Shown here: piece after piece, positions 18,090 to 26,241 of the stretch
Layout of the letters: every line of letters begins with the position of its first letter
How positions within the stretch are numbered: the stretch's first letter is position 1
Notes under the pieces: generated by a model
The model's database searches: none
Told to the model about the DNA's origin: nothing
What the model saw: the letters and a program-made list of their open reading frames with translations, nothing else
Assembly: GCA_040881505.1 (NCBI GenBank)
Contig: JBBEDC010000012.1
Span: 1-40,361, forward strand
Origin: Candidatus Anderseniibacteriota bacterium
GTDB lineage: Bacteria > Patescibacteriota > Andersenbacteria > UBA10190
Direction of reading: 5' to 3'
DNA: 40,361 nucleotides
Position numbers and translations under genes: made by a program

Positions 18090-18653
18090 ATGGATTCGCA
18101 GCGGTCTGTGATGGTTCTGTGGGACTTGGAAAACTGGCTCTACTTTCCACGCAAAAAGAGGTGGCCGCTGTCGTAAGAAGCTCAGCGCGGATTTGCCTGT
18201 CGCATCCATCAGGACATAGAGCGATATTTTTCCTTGCAAGGGATGATAATCCCCGTTGGATGAAAGCTCGCGTTCCCACGCGATGACCTTGTAGACAAGG
18301 ACGCTATCAAGACCATGGCAAGTGAGAAGGGGTACACCTTTTACACTACGGATGAGCATGAGAAAGACGCGGCTGATAAGCTCATGATCAATAAGGGGTG
18401 TGAAATTTTGGAAGACCGGCCTCGGTTGATCACGGATGTCGTGCTCATGACCGGCGACACCGACTTCATCGACTTCGCTGGAGGTTTGCGCTCCGACGGG
18501 CATGATGTGTGGATTATCATGCCCGGAAAAGAAGAGTACCCCGTTCACGAAGCTGCACGGAAGTACAGGACCGTAACGAATTACGTGCTCTCGTTGGAGG
18601 ATGTCCGCGCGTTCGTTCGCAATAAAAGGTCTGAGGCTCTTAGCTCGGCGTAG
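18090..18653 (+). pseudogene. NYN-domain (LabA/DUF88-like) RNase-family gene interrupted by two in-frame stop codons
   Basis: A single frame from ATG 18090 (AAGGAG 6 nt upstream) reads MDSQRSVMVLWDLENW...S*(TAA 18174-18176)EAQRG...PVG*(TGA 18261-18263)KLAF...VVLMTGDTDFIDFAGGLRSDGHDVWII. The D-x-x-N start and the GDTDF/GxxV motifs are typical of NYN domains. No frameshifts. Confidence 0.65.
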
Positions 18654-18667
18654 CTCTGAGCTTTTTT
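18642..18667 (+). terminator. weak candidate terminator after the NYN gene
   Basis: AGCTC...GAGCT 5-bp stem with an 11-nt loop, followed by TTTTTTATTT. Confidence 0.3.
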
Positions 18668-18853
18668 ATTTCAACTCACCGACTCGTCCTAGATCTTCTT
18701 ACCAAGGTTGTGCTGTTCCACCCTTTTTGTTTTTTAGCGACACGTTTTCGAATAGCATCAATTTGGACACGAATCTGCTTTGTGCTTAATGCGGATGCGC
18801 CTGTTTGATTGTTTATCTGTAGCATGTAAAGCTAGCTGACTTAGGCTAACCCC

Positions 18854-19414
18854 TTATATCGTCGTAATCTCCTCTTCCTTCTTTTTAATAATCCCATCTA
18901 TATCCCCGTTCGCCTTTCCGATTAACTCATCGAGGTCTTTTTTCCCGTCGTAGAAATCATCTTCAGTAATATCGCTCTTCTCCTTTTCTTCTTTAAGAGT
19001 TTTTAAAGCCTCATCACGTGCTTGTCGCAATCGCACGCGCGTATCTTCAGCCTTGGCGTGGAGAACCTTTAAAGTTTGTTTGCGGGACTCTTCAGTTAAC
19101 GACGGAAATGCGAGGCGAATAATACTACCGTCAACGGCTGGGTTAACCCCGAGGTTCGCGTTTGTTACAGCTTTTTCAATATCACTGATCACTCCTTTGT
19201 CGAACGGAGAGATAACCAACGTCCGGGCATCACTGCTGGAAACCGAAGCAAGGCTTTTCAGCGGACTGCGAGCGCCGTAGGCCTCAACCGGAATTGAATC
19301 AACTAAGTCTGGCTTAACGCGGCCGGTACGCAGGCCCGCGATTTCTTTCTGAAACCATTCAAGCGCTTCTTGCTTGGCTGATTCAAACTGCGGTTTAACG
19401 GTAGAGAATGGCAT
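18854..19414 (-). CDS. frr: ribosome recycling factor
   Basis: 186 aa with RRF-like sequence throughout (LRTGRVKPDLVDSIPVEAYG, ISPFDK, NLGVNP). Confidence 0.95.
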   Translation of the reverse strand: MPFSTVKPQFESAKQEALEWFQKEIAGLRTGRVKPDLVDSIPVEAYGARSPLKSLASVSSSDARTLVISPFDKGVISDIEKAVTNANLGVNPAVDGSIIRLAFPSLTEESRKQTLKVLHAKAEDTRVRLRQARDEALKTLKEEKEKSDITEDDFYDGKKDLDELIGKANGDIDGIIKKKEEEITTI

Positions 19415-19440
19415 AAAAGTATAGTTAGGTAAATGTAATA

Positions 19441-20118
19441 TTAAGTATTCCGTACCTGGCTCAACGTAGCAAGTAATACTGTGCTGGCAAATTTCTCGTT
19501 GCCGCGGCTGGCTCTGATCTTGTAATAGTCGCGCAAGCGGGTTAAAGCCGCCTTTACGGCCGGATCTGCGCCCTCCTCTCTACTGCGCTCTATTAAGAGA
19601 GTGGTAATAGCTGACAGCTCCTCGTCCGTTAACTGATCTCGCTTAGTATTTTTAACGAGCTCCGCGATAGAAACTTGCGAAGGCTCGGAGGCTGCTCGCG
19701 CATGGGGCATACGAATACTCTGAGATCTTGAGACAATTGTCGGCAATACTCTTCCGGGAAACGGAGTAATAAGGATAAAGCGGTTAGCGGCTGAGCTTTC
19801 CTCGAGTTCCTTTAAGAGCGCATTGGCGGCTACGATTTCAATGCGGTCGATTGACTCGATAAAAATAAGGCGGCGGTCAGTAAAGGAAGTGCGTGACAGA
19901 TGATGCAGCAGCTCTCGCACGGGCTTGATTTTAATCGTGTGCTCATCGGGAGCCAGGCGATGTACTTCTGATCGAGCGGGAGCGATAGCAGTAATTGTTT
20001 TAACTAACTCCTGTATGTCGTATTCATACGGAATAACAACCAGCAGTGGCTGCTGAACGCCGTCAGATGTAAGCGTGCGCGAGATTGTCTGCCAAAACGG
20101 ATGCGTATCATCCTTCAT
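19441..20118 (-). CDS. holB: DNA polymerase III subunit delta-prime (short form)
   Basis: ANALLKELEE and TIVSRSQ motifs. The real start is the ATG at 20118, which forms an ATGA overlap with the secF stop. The 304-aa track ORF runs 237 nt into secF and is over-extended. Confidence 0.75.
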   Translation of the reverse strand: MKDDTHPFWQTISRTLTSDGVQQPLLVVIPYEYDIQELVKTITAIAPARSEVHRLAPDEHTIKIKPVRELLHHLSRTSFTDRRLIFIESIDRIEIVAANALLKELEESSAANRFILITPFPGRVLPTIVSRSQSIRMPHARAASEPSQVSIAELVKNTKRDQLTDEELSAITTLLIERSREEGADPAVKAALTRLRDYYKIRASRGNEKFASTVLLATLSQVRNT

Positions 20119-20993
20119 GAGCGCTTGGAGAGGAAGATAAGGACGGGTGGAGCGATAAACCAGGAGGAGTATGTTCCCGCGATAGTACCAACGATCAAGG
20201 CGGCGATAAACCAGTGGATGGTAGTGCCGCCAAAGAGGAAGAGTGCGAATAGAACAAGCAGCGTAGTAAAGGACGTATTGAATGACCGGCCAAATGTCGC
20301 ACTGATCGCCTGGTTTATAACATCCAACAACGAAGCGCGTTTGGCGTGTCGCCATTGGGTCCGCATGCGCGCGAAGAGGATAATTGTATCGTTAATGGAG
20401 TAGCCAAGGATTGCTAGCAGAGCGGTAACAAACAGCGTATCGACAGGCGCCCCCCACAGCTTTCCGAAGATTGCAAAGGCAGCTGCAACAACGAGAATAT
20501 CGTGCAGCAAAGCTACGACAGCTGCGACTCCGAACTTCCACGGCTCTATCAACCCCTTCATGGTGCGGAATGTGTAGGCGAGGTAGATAATCATGCCGAC
20601 AACCACAACCGTGATCGCTAGAATTGATTTACGACGCAACTCCTGCCCTATCGTTGGGCCTATCGACTCAAAGCGCAGCTCCTGTCCCTCGATAATCTGT
20701 TCTTCTTGCAGAGCTGATACGATCTCGTCTTTTCGCTCCTGAGATATTTCCGGCAGACGCACAATCAGGGATTCTTCCTGTGTTGTTTGAATAGAGGCGT
20801 CGAGATCAAACCGTTCACGCAGCAGGGTTGTAGCAGGGGCTGCTTGTTCTGATGACCCTTGTATCTCTAACAGGGATCCTCCAACGAAGTCGATGCCCCA
20901 GTTGAGGCCTAAGCTGAAGATAACAATAAGGCTTACGGCGATAGTGCTTACAGTAACTCCCAACCACACCATTGGTTTTTTCAGCAGGGTCAT
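20115..20993 (-). CDS. secF: protein translocase subunit SecF
   Basis: 292 aa. GIDFVGGS motif and a 6-TM SecF pattern. ATGA overlap with the secD stop. Confidence 0.95.
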   Translation of the reverse strand: MTLLKKPMVWLGVTVSTIAVSLIVIFSLGLNWGIDFVGGSLLEIQGSSEQAAPATTLLRERFDLDASIQTTQEESLIVRLPEISQERKDEIVSALQEEQIIEGQELRFESIGPTIGQELRRKSILAITVVVVGMIIYLAYTFRTMKGLIEPWKFGVAAVVALLHDILVVAAAFAIFGKLWGAPVDTLFVTALLAILGYSINDTIILFARMRTQWRHAKRASLLDVINQAISATFGRSFNTSFTTLLVLFALFLFGGTTIHWFIAALIVGTIAGTYSSWFIAPPVLIFLSKRS

Positions 20994-22327
20994 GCGGATT
21001 CTCCTTTCTTGGCTCCTAGTAAAAGCGGCTTATGGGTTGCTTTAGGACTTAACACTACCGTCAACATTCCCCGGGTTATAACAATAGCGGTAAACATAGA
21101 CAGCAGGATACCCAAGGCAAACGTTACGGCAAAGCCGCGTATTATCGAGGTTCCAAATGCATACAAAATGAAGGCGGTAAACAAGCTGGATACATTAGAC
21201 GCGTAAATAGATTCCCACGCTTCAGTGAATCCTTCTTTTAAGGCATACGAGGGTGTTTTACCACCGCGAATATTTTCTCGAAACCGTTCAAATATCAAAA
21301 CGTTAGCATCAACCGCCATTCCAATCGACAAGATAAAACCTGCGATTCCCGCCAGTGTAAGGGTTACCGGAATGAGCTTGATGATAGTCAGGAAGAATAC
21401 GGCGTAAATAGCTAGGGCGACAGCGGCTACCAGTCCTGGTAAGCGGTAGTAGACCACCATCCAGACAACAACGGCCAGAAGACCGTACAACCCGGCACGA
21501 ATGCTTTGATCGATGGATACCTGCCCTAGTGTTGGTCCGACAACTTGCTGCCCAATTAACTCAACTGGAACCGGCAATGCTCCAGCATTCAGGCTTCGAG
21601 CTAAGTCGTTAGCTTCCTCGATGGTAAATCCGCCGCTAATAACAGCGGTACCGTTGGTGATCTCTGCTTGTACAACGGGAGCGCTACGCGGAACGCCATC
21701 AAGGTAGATAGCAATACGCTTGCCGAGGCTTTCCCGCGTTAGTTCAGCAAACAGCCCCGTCCCTTCTCGGTCAAAGTTGAGGCTAACAGTTGGAATCCCG
21801 CTGACTGGGTCAAATTCCACCACCGCGTTATCAAGATGCTCCCCGGTTAAGCCCGTGGGTTCAAACAGTTGCGGAACAATAATGTTCTCTCCATCAACAT
21901 TTAATTCAGTTTCGGCGTTGTCTATCTCCCGTCGAAAGTCCAGCTGTGGAGTTTCGCCGATTCGGGCAATTGCCTCATCTGGATCATGAACACCGGCAAG
22001 CTCGACAATGACTCGATATTCCTCCCCTACTTGATTGGTTTGAATGACAGGCTCTGATACTCCAAAGGCGTTCACACGGCGTTCGATCACGTCTCGCACC
22101 CCAGCCAAAGCTTCAGCTGGCTCTTGAATAGCGTCTTCGTTCAGCCGGGCACGATAGATCAAGTGAGAGCCTCCTTGCAAGTCTAACCCCAGCTTAACGT
22201 TAAGATCCCGATGAAACTGACCAATCGTAAGCGATGGATGATACGGGCTGGCAACCCAGGCGGCTAGAGCCACGGTAGCTACAAGTCCTACAGTTCCCAG
22301 TATTCGGTTTCTGGTGCGGGTTTTCAT
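20990..22327 (-). CDS. secD: protein translocase subunit SecD
   Basis: 445 aa. LGLDLQGG motif, periplasmic domain, C-terminal 5-TM bundle. Confidence 0.95.
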   Translation of the reverse strand: MKTRTRNRILGTVGLVATVALAAWVASPYHPSLTIGQFHRDLNVKLGLDLQGGSHLIYRARLNEDAIQEPAEALAGVRDVIERRVNAFGVSEPVIQTNQVGEEYRVIVELAGVHDPDEAIARIGETPQLDFRREIDNAETELNVDGENIIVPQLFEPTGLTGEHLDNAVVEFDPVSGIPTVSLNFDREGTGLFAELTRESLGKRIAIYLDGVPRSAPVVQAEITNGTAVISGGFTIEEANDLARSLNAGALPVPVELIGQQVVGPTLGQVSIDQSIRAGLYGLLAVVVWMVVYYRLPGLVAAVALAIYAVFFLTIIKLIPVTLTLAGIAGFILSIGMAVDANVLIFERFRENIRGGKTPSYALKEGFTEAWESIYASNVSSLFTAFILYAFGTSIIRGFAVTFALGILLSMFTAIVITRGMLTVVLSPKATHKPLLLGAKKGESA

Positions 22328-22493
22328 ATATATAACGGTTGATTGTATCCTAGCTGGATTAGAACGAAAAGTGGAGAGTGGTTACAAATGCGGGGTTCGA
22401 ACGTTGATTCACGGCCTACGGCCTTATATGAAAACAGGCTCTAATATTGCGCGTGTCTCGAAGCCAAAGGACAGAAGCCCAAAGAGTGATGTG

Positions 22494-22521
22494 TAAAGAA
22501 AAACACCCCAGTCGAGGTGTG
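22494..22521 (-). terminator. candidate rho-independent terminator of the 165-aa gene
   Basis: Minus strand: ACACCTC-GACT-GGGGTGT (one mismatch) followed by TTTTTCTTT, about 20 nt after the stop. Confidence 0.4.
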
Positions 22522-22542
22522 GTGGTTGAGTGAGCGGGAGGG

Positions 22543-23040
22543 CTACTTGGGACCCAATTCCTTAGGCCACAGGTATCGCAGGCTCTCGCGCATCTCGTTG
22601 ATGTCATCGCTGTCGACGTTGCCGTTTTCCTCGTGAAATGTGATCAGCTGCATGAAGAAAACCAAGCGGTATGCGGCATACAGGTGCCGCACAGCCTTTG
22701 GAACGTGCGCCAACTCGATCTTGAGCGCTTCAAGGCAGCGACCTCTCTTGCCTGCAAGTTCAGTCATCTCAACGATTTCGTGCAAAGCGCAGTAAGGACG
22801 AAAGGTCGGAGGAGTGTCTTCCGACACTAGGACGTAACCAGCAATGTAGGCAACGAAACCCTCGAACCGCTTGGCCTCATCGCTGAAGTCTCGTTTCGCT
22901 ACGGCGTACGTGTGAGTCACTCCTTTGTACTCCACGGTTTCCGCTGCCACTGCGATGTTCCTTAGCCATGCTGGCCAGTCATCGGGAATGGGTACTCCGT
23001 TGTAGAAAGTGCCAGGCGGGACTTGCTGGATGGAAGGCAT
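22543..23040 (-). CDS. hypothetical protein (orphan, GC-rich cassette)
   Basis: 165-aa ORF. GAGGAGG lies 5 nt upstream of the ATG, with a near-consensus promoter upstream. Contains CALHEIVEM. No family recognised. Confidence 0.6.
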   Translation of the reverse strand: MPSIQQVPPGTFYNGVPIPDDWPAWLRNIAVAAETVEYKGVTHTYAVAKRDFSDEAKRFEGFVAYIAGYVLVSEDTPPTFRPYCALHEIVEMTELAGKRGRCLEALKIELAHVPKAVRHLYAAYRLVFFMQLITFHEENGNVDSDDINEMRESLRYLWPKELGPK

Positions 23041-23085
23041 TTGTTCCTCCTCTTGTACGAGTCTTGTGGTTAAACCAGCAGACAG

Positions 23086-23114
23086 ACCATACCTATTAGT
23101 TGTCCTGGTGTCAA
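23086..23114 (-). promoter_or_regulatory. near-consensus sigma70-type promoter
   Basis: Minus strand: TTGACA (23114-23109), 17 nt, TATGGT (23091-23086). Lies about 45 nt upstream of the ATG at 23040. Confidence 0.5.
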
Positions 23115-23128
23115 TTGTCTCCGTTCCC

Positions 23129-23305
23129 CTATTTCTGACTTACTATGGAAGGTATCTGGGCCAAAGTATCAAATATACTTCGCTCTTCTGCTTGTGCTGG
23201 ATTGTAGCTCGCACCCACCCCTGCTATACAAATAGCCGCTCCGACTAAGAGTGAAATAAAGCGCATTAAAAAGGATGTGGTGCTTGAGGGAGAGGCATAT
23301 TCCAT
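23129..23305 (-). CDS. possible small secreted peptide (below the ORF-track length cutoff)
   Basis: Hand translation gives MEYASPSSTTSFLMRFISLLVGAAICIAGVGASYNPAQAEERSIFDTLAQIPSIVSQK. The internal Met at 23266 begins a signal-peptide-like segment with an AQA-E cleavage-like site. No SD before either ATG. Confidence 0.25.
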   Translation of the reverse strand: MEYASPSSTTSFLMRFISLLVGAAICIAGVGASYNPAQAEERSIFDTLAQIPSIVSQK

Positions 23306-23406
23306 AGTGACAATATGTTACGGATCTTTATGTCTCTAGTCTGCTATCCTCACATAGACAGTACAATGCTTGCCTACCTCCTCTTTGTCAGCTTCCCTGA
23401 CAGCCC

Positions 23407-23688
23407 TTATGCCAAGAGTTCTTCTTGATACTCCGGAAAATGTGTTGTGATTTCAGTCAAATCAAACTCAGTGAGAATTGATTCTTTGGGTTCACGCTGC
23501 AGAAGAAACTCAAATGAGGCGGATATGAGCTCATCAGGGCTGTCGTAAATCTCTGCAAACGGCTCCCAAAAATTCTCTTCGATGGTGACCAGGTGAGTCG
23601 TGGTATCCGACCCCTCTCCCACCAATACTTCAAACTCCCACCCGTCGGAGGTCTCATGTTTCTTTTCAATTGATACTTCTTCCATCAT
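23407..23688 (-). CDS. hypothetical small acidic protein
   Basis: 93-aa ORF, strongly acidic (WEFEVLVGEG...FEFLLQREPKESILTEFDL). No family recognised with confidence. Confidence 0.5.
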   Translation of the reverse strand: MMEEVSIEKKHETSDGWEFEVLVGEGSDTTTHLVTIEENFWEPFAEIYDSPDELISASFEFLLQREPKESILTEFDLTEITTHFPEYQEELLA

Positions 23689-23730
23689 ACGGTGTTTACA
23701 CTGCGAAAAAATCAGAAAGTTTGCAAGTCC

Positions 23731-24075
23731 TTATTCCGCTTCTTTAAAAGGCTGATGGAGAAGGTACGAGAGGAGGGAGAGAACGATGCTGAAAAGCACG
23801 GCCCACCAAAAGCCAGCGACAAAGAATCCCGGTACTACTGTACTGGCCAACATGATCATCAGCGCGTTTATAACCAAGAGGAATAGGCCGAAGGTTACGA
23901 TCGTAATCGGCAGGGTTAGAACAATAAGGATTGGTTTTATAATCACATTTACTATCCCTAATACTGCTGCGGCTATCAGCGCCGCCAGAAAACCATCTAC
24001 CGACACCCCTGGCAAAATATAGCTGGCGATTAATACCGCAAGCGTTGTAATTAACCAACGCAATAAAATATTCAT
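23731..24075 (-). CDS. phage-holin-4_2 / DUF360 family membrane protein
   Basis: 114 aa with 4 TM. LRWLITTLAVLIASYILPGV...NVIIKPILIVLTLPITIVTFGLFLLVINALM is typical of DUF360. Confidence 0.75.
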   Translation of the reverse strand: MNILLRWLITTLAVLIASYILPGVSVDGFLAALIAAAVLGIVNVIIKPILIVLTLPITIVTFGLFLLVINALMIMLASTVVPGFFVAGFWWAVLFSIVLSLLSYLLHQPFKEAE

Positions 24076-24132
24076 GATTACTACTGTACGGATGTGAGTG
24101 GAGTTGTCGAGCGGAGAAATACACAGCCCTTG

Positions 24133-25050
24133 TCACAACTCAGATACGAGCTGTGTTAACGCCTTAAAGTTTGCTCGGGTAGCGTTTGTTTGAGGCTCAG
24201 GTACTACATACACATCCTCACGATCTTTGAATATATGGAGCAGTTCTTTGAGTTGATCGCGCGAAGGAAAGACAGTTTGCCTAAAATCATCTTCTGTTAT
24301 TCCCGTATGTGAGTCAGTTCCGTTATATGGAGGGGTGACAGTGTTAAGATGAATGAGACGCGTTGCCGGCGCTACCGCGCGTGAAAACGCATAGAGTTTT
24401 TCCCACATTACAGCGGGGGTTGGGTTTTCCATTGCTAGCTGCGCAGCTGTGTGAGTTATATCATTAGCGATATACCATCCTTCTTGAGTCATTCTTTTCA
24501 TTAAAGATAGCGGTGCGTTGTCTGGTATATAGATATCGCTTCGGTTCTCTTCTAGGCGGGCTTCCGCCGCCGGTAGCGTTTCGATCGTAAGGACGATATT
24601 TTTACTGGCAGCGTATTCTTGTAAATACTGCACGCTTTGGAAAAATAGCTCGTCTGACTCATCGTCAGGAGTACGGGAGTCTTTTACGAGTTCTTGAGCT
24701 GCGGTATCAAGGTTGAGCGTTTCTAAGTACCTGCTGCCAGGATGCGCATTCACGTAGGCGGGACGTTTAAGTGTGCTTGCGATATCAATGGTGCGTTGAA
24801 TCTGTTCAATTGTCTCGTGCCGCACACTCTCGTTATTCGTCATCAAGTTCGTTTTGTACTTCTCTTCTACTACTCCCCAGTGATGTAGGCCAATAGCCAC
24901 ATCATGTTCTTGAAGCCAAACCAGCATGTCATCATAGTGGCTTTCGTTGTGAATATTGAACCATATTTCGGACATGGCAGCGCTATCTTCGAGGATGGCA
25001 GCTTTACCGTCTTCCCAGTTTTTGGGACCTGTTTTGATGCCGAGGATCAT
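24133..25050 (-). CDS. xylose-isomerase-like TIM-barrel protein (sugar phosphate isomerase/epimerase, AP-endonuclease-2 family)
   Basis: 305 aa. Motif series VNAHPG, LTIETL, NDITHT, IHLNT...GTDSHTGI matches the family metal-binding pattern. Confidence 0.7.
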   Translation of the reverse strand: MILGIKTGPKNWEDGKAAILEDSAAMSEIWFNIHNESHYDDMLVWLQEHDVAIGLHHWGVVEEKYKTNLMTNNESVRHETIEQIQRTIDIASTLKRPAYVNAHPGSRYLETLNLDTAAQELVKDSRTPDDESDELFFQSVQYLQEYAASKNIVLTIETLPAAEARLEENRSDIYIPDNAPLSLMKRMTQEGWYIANDITHTAAQLAMENPTPAVMWEKLYAFSRAVAPATRLIHLNTVTPPYNGTDSHTGITEDDFRQTVFPSRDQLKELLHIFKDREDVYVVPEPQTNATRANFKALTQLVSEL

Positions 25051-25086
25051 AGAGCTGGTTTAATATACGACAGATTTGGTTGAGAT

Positions 25087-25117
25087 GAAAAAAGAAACGC
25101 TCCCGACGAGGAAGCGT
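25087..25117 (-). terminator. rho-independent terminator of the methyltransferase cassette
   Basis: Minus strand: ACGCTTCC-TCGTC-GGGAGCGT (one G-U pair) followed by TTCTTTTTTC, starting 7 nt after the stop. Confidence 0.6.
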
Positions 25118-25123
25118 GTGGGG

Positions 25124-25693
25124 TTAAGCCTTGCGGAGCATGAGCTCCAAAACGTCATGTGTGTGTTCGAATGGCTCGCGGTCGGTCCGTTGGAATTGGT
25201 GGCGATGAACGATCTCAAACGCTCGCACGAGCCTGTGGATGGTTTCTTCTTTTTGCTCGTAGTCGACGTGCCCAGTGCGATTGTCGACGATTTGCAAATT
25301 GAAGTGGATCAGGAACAGTCCTCTCGGACGCAGGACTCGAAAGGCTTCCGACAAGGCCCGCTGCGGATCCACGTAGTGAATGACGTTGACCATATAGAGG
25401 GCGTTGATGAGGTTGTCTCCGAACGGAAGAGCCTCGACGTCAGCAGTCTCGAACCGGGCATCGGGGTAGTTGAGTTTCGCGATCCCAACTTCCTCCTCGG
25501 ATTTGTCGACCCCGATTACATTCAGGCCGAGGTTGAAGAGAAAGGCGGTGTCACGACCAGAGCCACACCCGAGATCCAGGATGGGCCCGTTGCAGTTGCC
25601 CAGGGCTTCTGCGAACCGCCTCACGTAGGTCGTCGGATGACGATCCCAGTGACGACCCTCTCTGTATTTCAAATAAAGTGAGCTGTTGTGCAT
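25124..25693 (-). CDS. class I SAM-dependent methyltransferase
   Basis: Motif I ILDLGCGSGRD plus downstream VIGVD and ALYMVNVIHYV. ATG at 25693 with AAGGA 8 nt upstream; the track ORF extends to 25741. GC-rich, mostly G/C-ending codons. Confidence 0.85.
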   Translation of the reverse strand: MHNSSLYLKYREGRHWDRHPTTYVRRFAEALGNCNGPILDLGCGSGRDTAFLFNLGLNVIGVDKSEEEVGIAKLNYPDARFETADVEALPFGDNLINALYMVNVIHYVDPQRALSEAFRVLRPRGLFLIHFNLQIVDNRTGHVDYEQKEETIHRLVRAFEIVHRHQFQRTDREPFEHTHDVLELMLRKA

Positions 25694-25790
25694 TGCACAG
25701 ATCCTTGTTCTGATGCCATGGAATGAACATATCCGCCACAAAATACTATTCGTTTGTGTCTAACTGTGTCAACAGTACCGCGGTGTGTAA

Positions 25791-26222
25791 CTATACATTC
25801 AATCTAAGTGGCTCTATATCCCCGTTTAGTATTTCTGGTCGAATAACTGCAACTTCATGTGCCCACCTATATTCTTTTGGGTCTGGGCAGGGGTACATAA
25901 GGTAAATCTTCTTCTTGAGATAATACGCCAAGCCTAACTCCATCAACGAAGATGTTCCGACATAGCCTTCAATACCGTTCTTTGGCAGGTTGAGAAAAAT
26001 AACGGCGTCACTACCGGCAAGGAGGTCAAAGCATTTTCGCAAGATATTATTCTCGATAACATGCTCTCGATTCTCCTCAAGTTGGTCAATTAGATCCGGG
26101 TTTTCAATATGCAGGTCAGTATCGCACGGCACTTCAACGGCATGCCCAAAGTTTTGAAGGTGCTTTTGGAGTTCCAACATCTCTTTGGCAAAACTCATAC
26201 TGCCGCAAATCATTATCTTCAT
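25791..26222 (-). CDS. nucleoside 2-deoxyribosyltransferase-like protein
   Basis: 143 aa. MKIMICGSMSF N-terminus and GTSSLMELGLAYYLKKKIY (the GT..E.G.A motif of the family). AT-rich. Confidence 0.55.
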   Translation of the reverse strand: MKIMICGSMSFAKEMLELQKHLQNFGHAVEVPCDTDLHIENPDLIDQLEENREHVIENNILRKCFDLLAGSDAVIFLNLPKNGIEGYVGTSSLMELGLAYYLKKKIYLMYPCPDPKEYRWAHEVAVIRPEILNGDIEPLRLNV

Positions 26223-26241
26223 ATTAGTACTGCTCTTAGAA

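Noticed and set aside
18174-18263. Stop-codon reassignment (UGA or UAA sense coding) as the explanation for the in-frame stops in the NYN gene
   Set aside because: TGA terminates secF (ATGA junction), secD, hpf and the TIM-barrel gene at conserved C-termini. TAA terminates most ribosomal protein genes. The two internal stops are also different codons.
18066-18548. 160-aa minus-strand ORF
   Set aside because: It is antisense to the NYN-domain frame, which has recognisable motifs and an AAGGAG-ATG start. The minus-strand product has no recognisable features.
18676-18825. 49-codon basic ORF on the minus strand between frr and the NYN gene (MLQINNQTGASALSTKQIRVQIDAIRKRVAKKQKG...)
   Set aside because: It has no SD or promoter-like signal, lies in a convergent 3-prime region, and has no recognisable family. 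The evidence is insufficient.
19441-20355. 304-aa version of holB and the 438-aa version of the glycosyltransferase (30629-31945)
   Set aside because: The N-terminal extensions overlap secF or read through an intrinsic terminator. Conserved sequence begins at the internal ATGs (20118 and 31759).
22385-22415. GGTTCGAAC motif resembling a tRNA T-loop
   Set aside because: The flanking bases do not form a T stem or acceptor stem on either strand, so no cloverleaf can be drawn.
23340-23383. Lone GAGGAGG followed by a 12-codon TTG ORF
   Set aside because: The ORF is too short and the start is 10 nt from the SD with a non-ATG codon. It is kept only as a note inside the finding on the 165-aa orphan region (22494-23406).
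25076-25681. 201-aa plus-strand ORF
   Set aside because: It is the antisense shadow of the SAM methyltransferase (25124-25693), which has clear motif I. The plus-strand product has no motifs. Long antisense ORFs are expected in GC-rich coding DNA.
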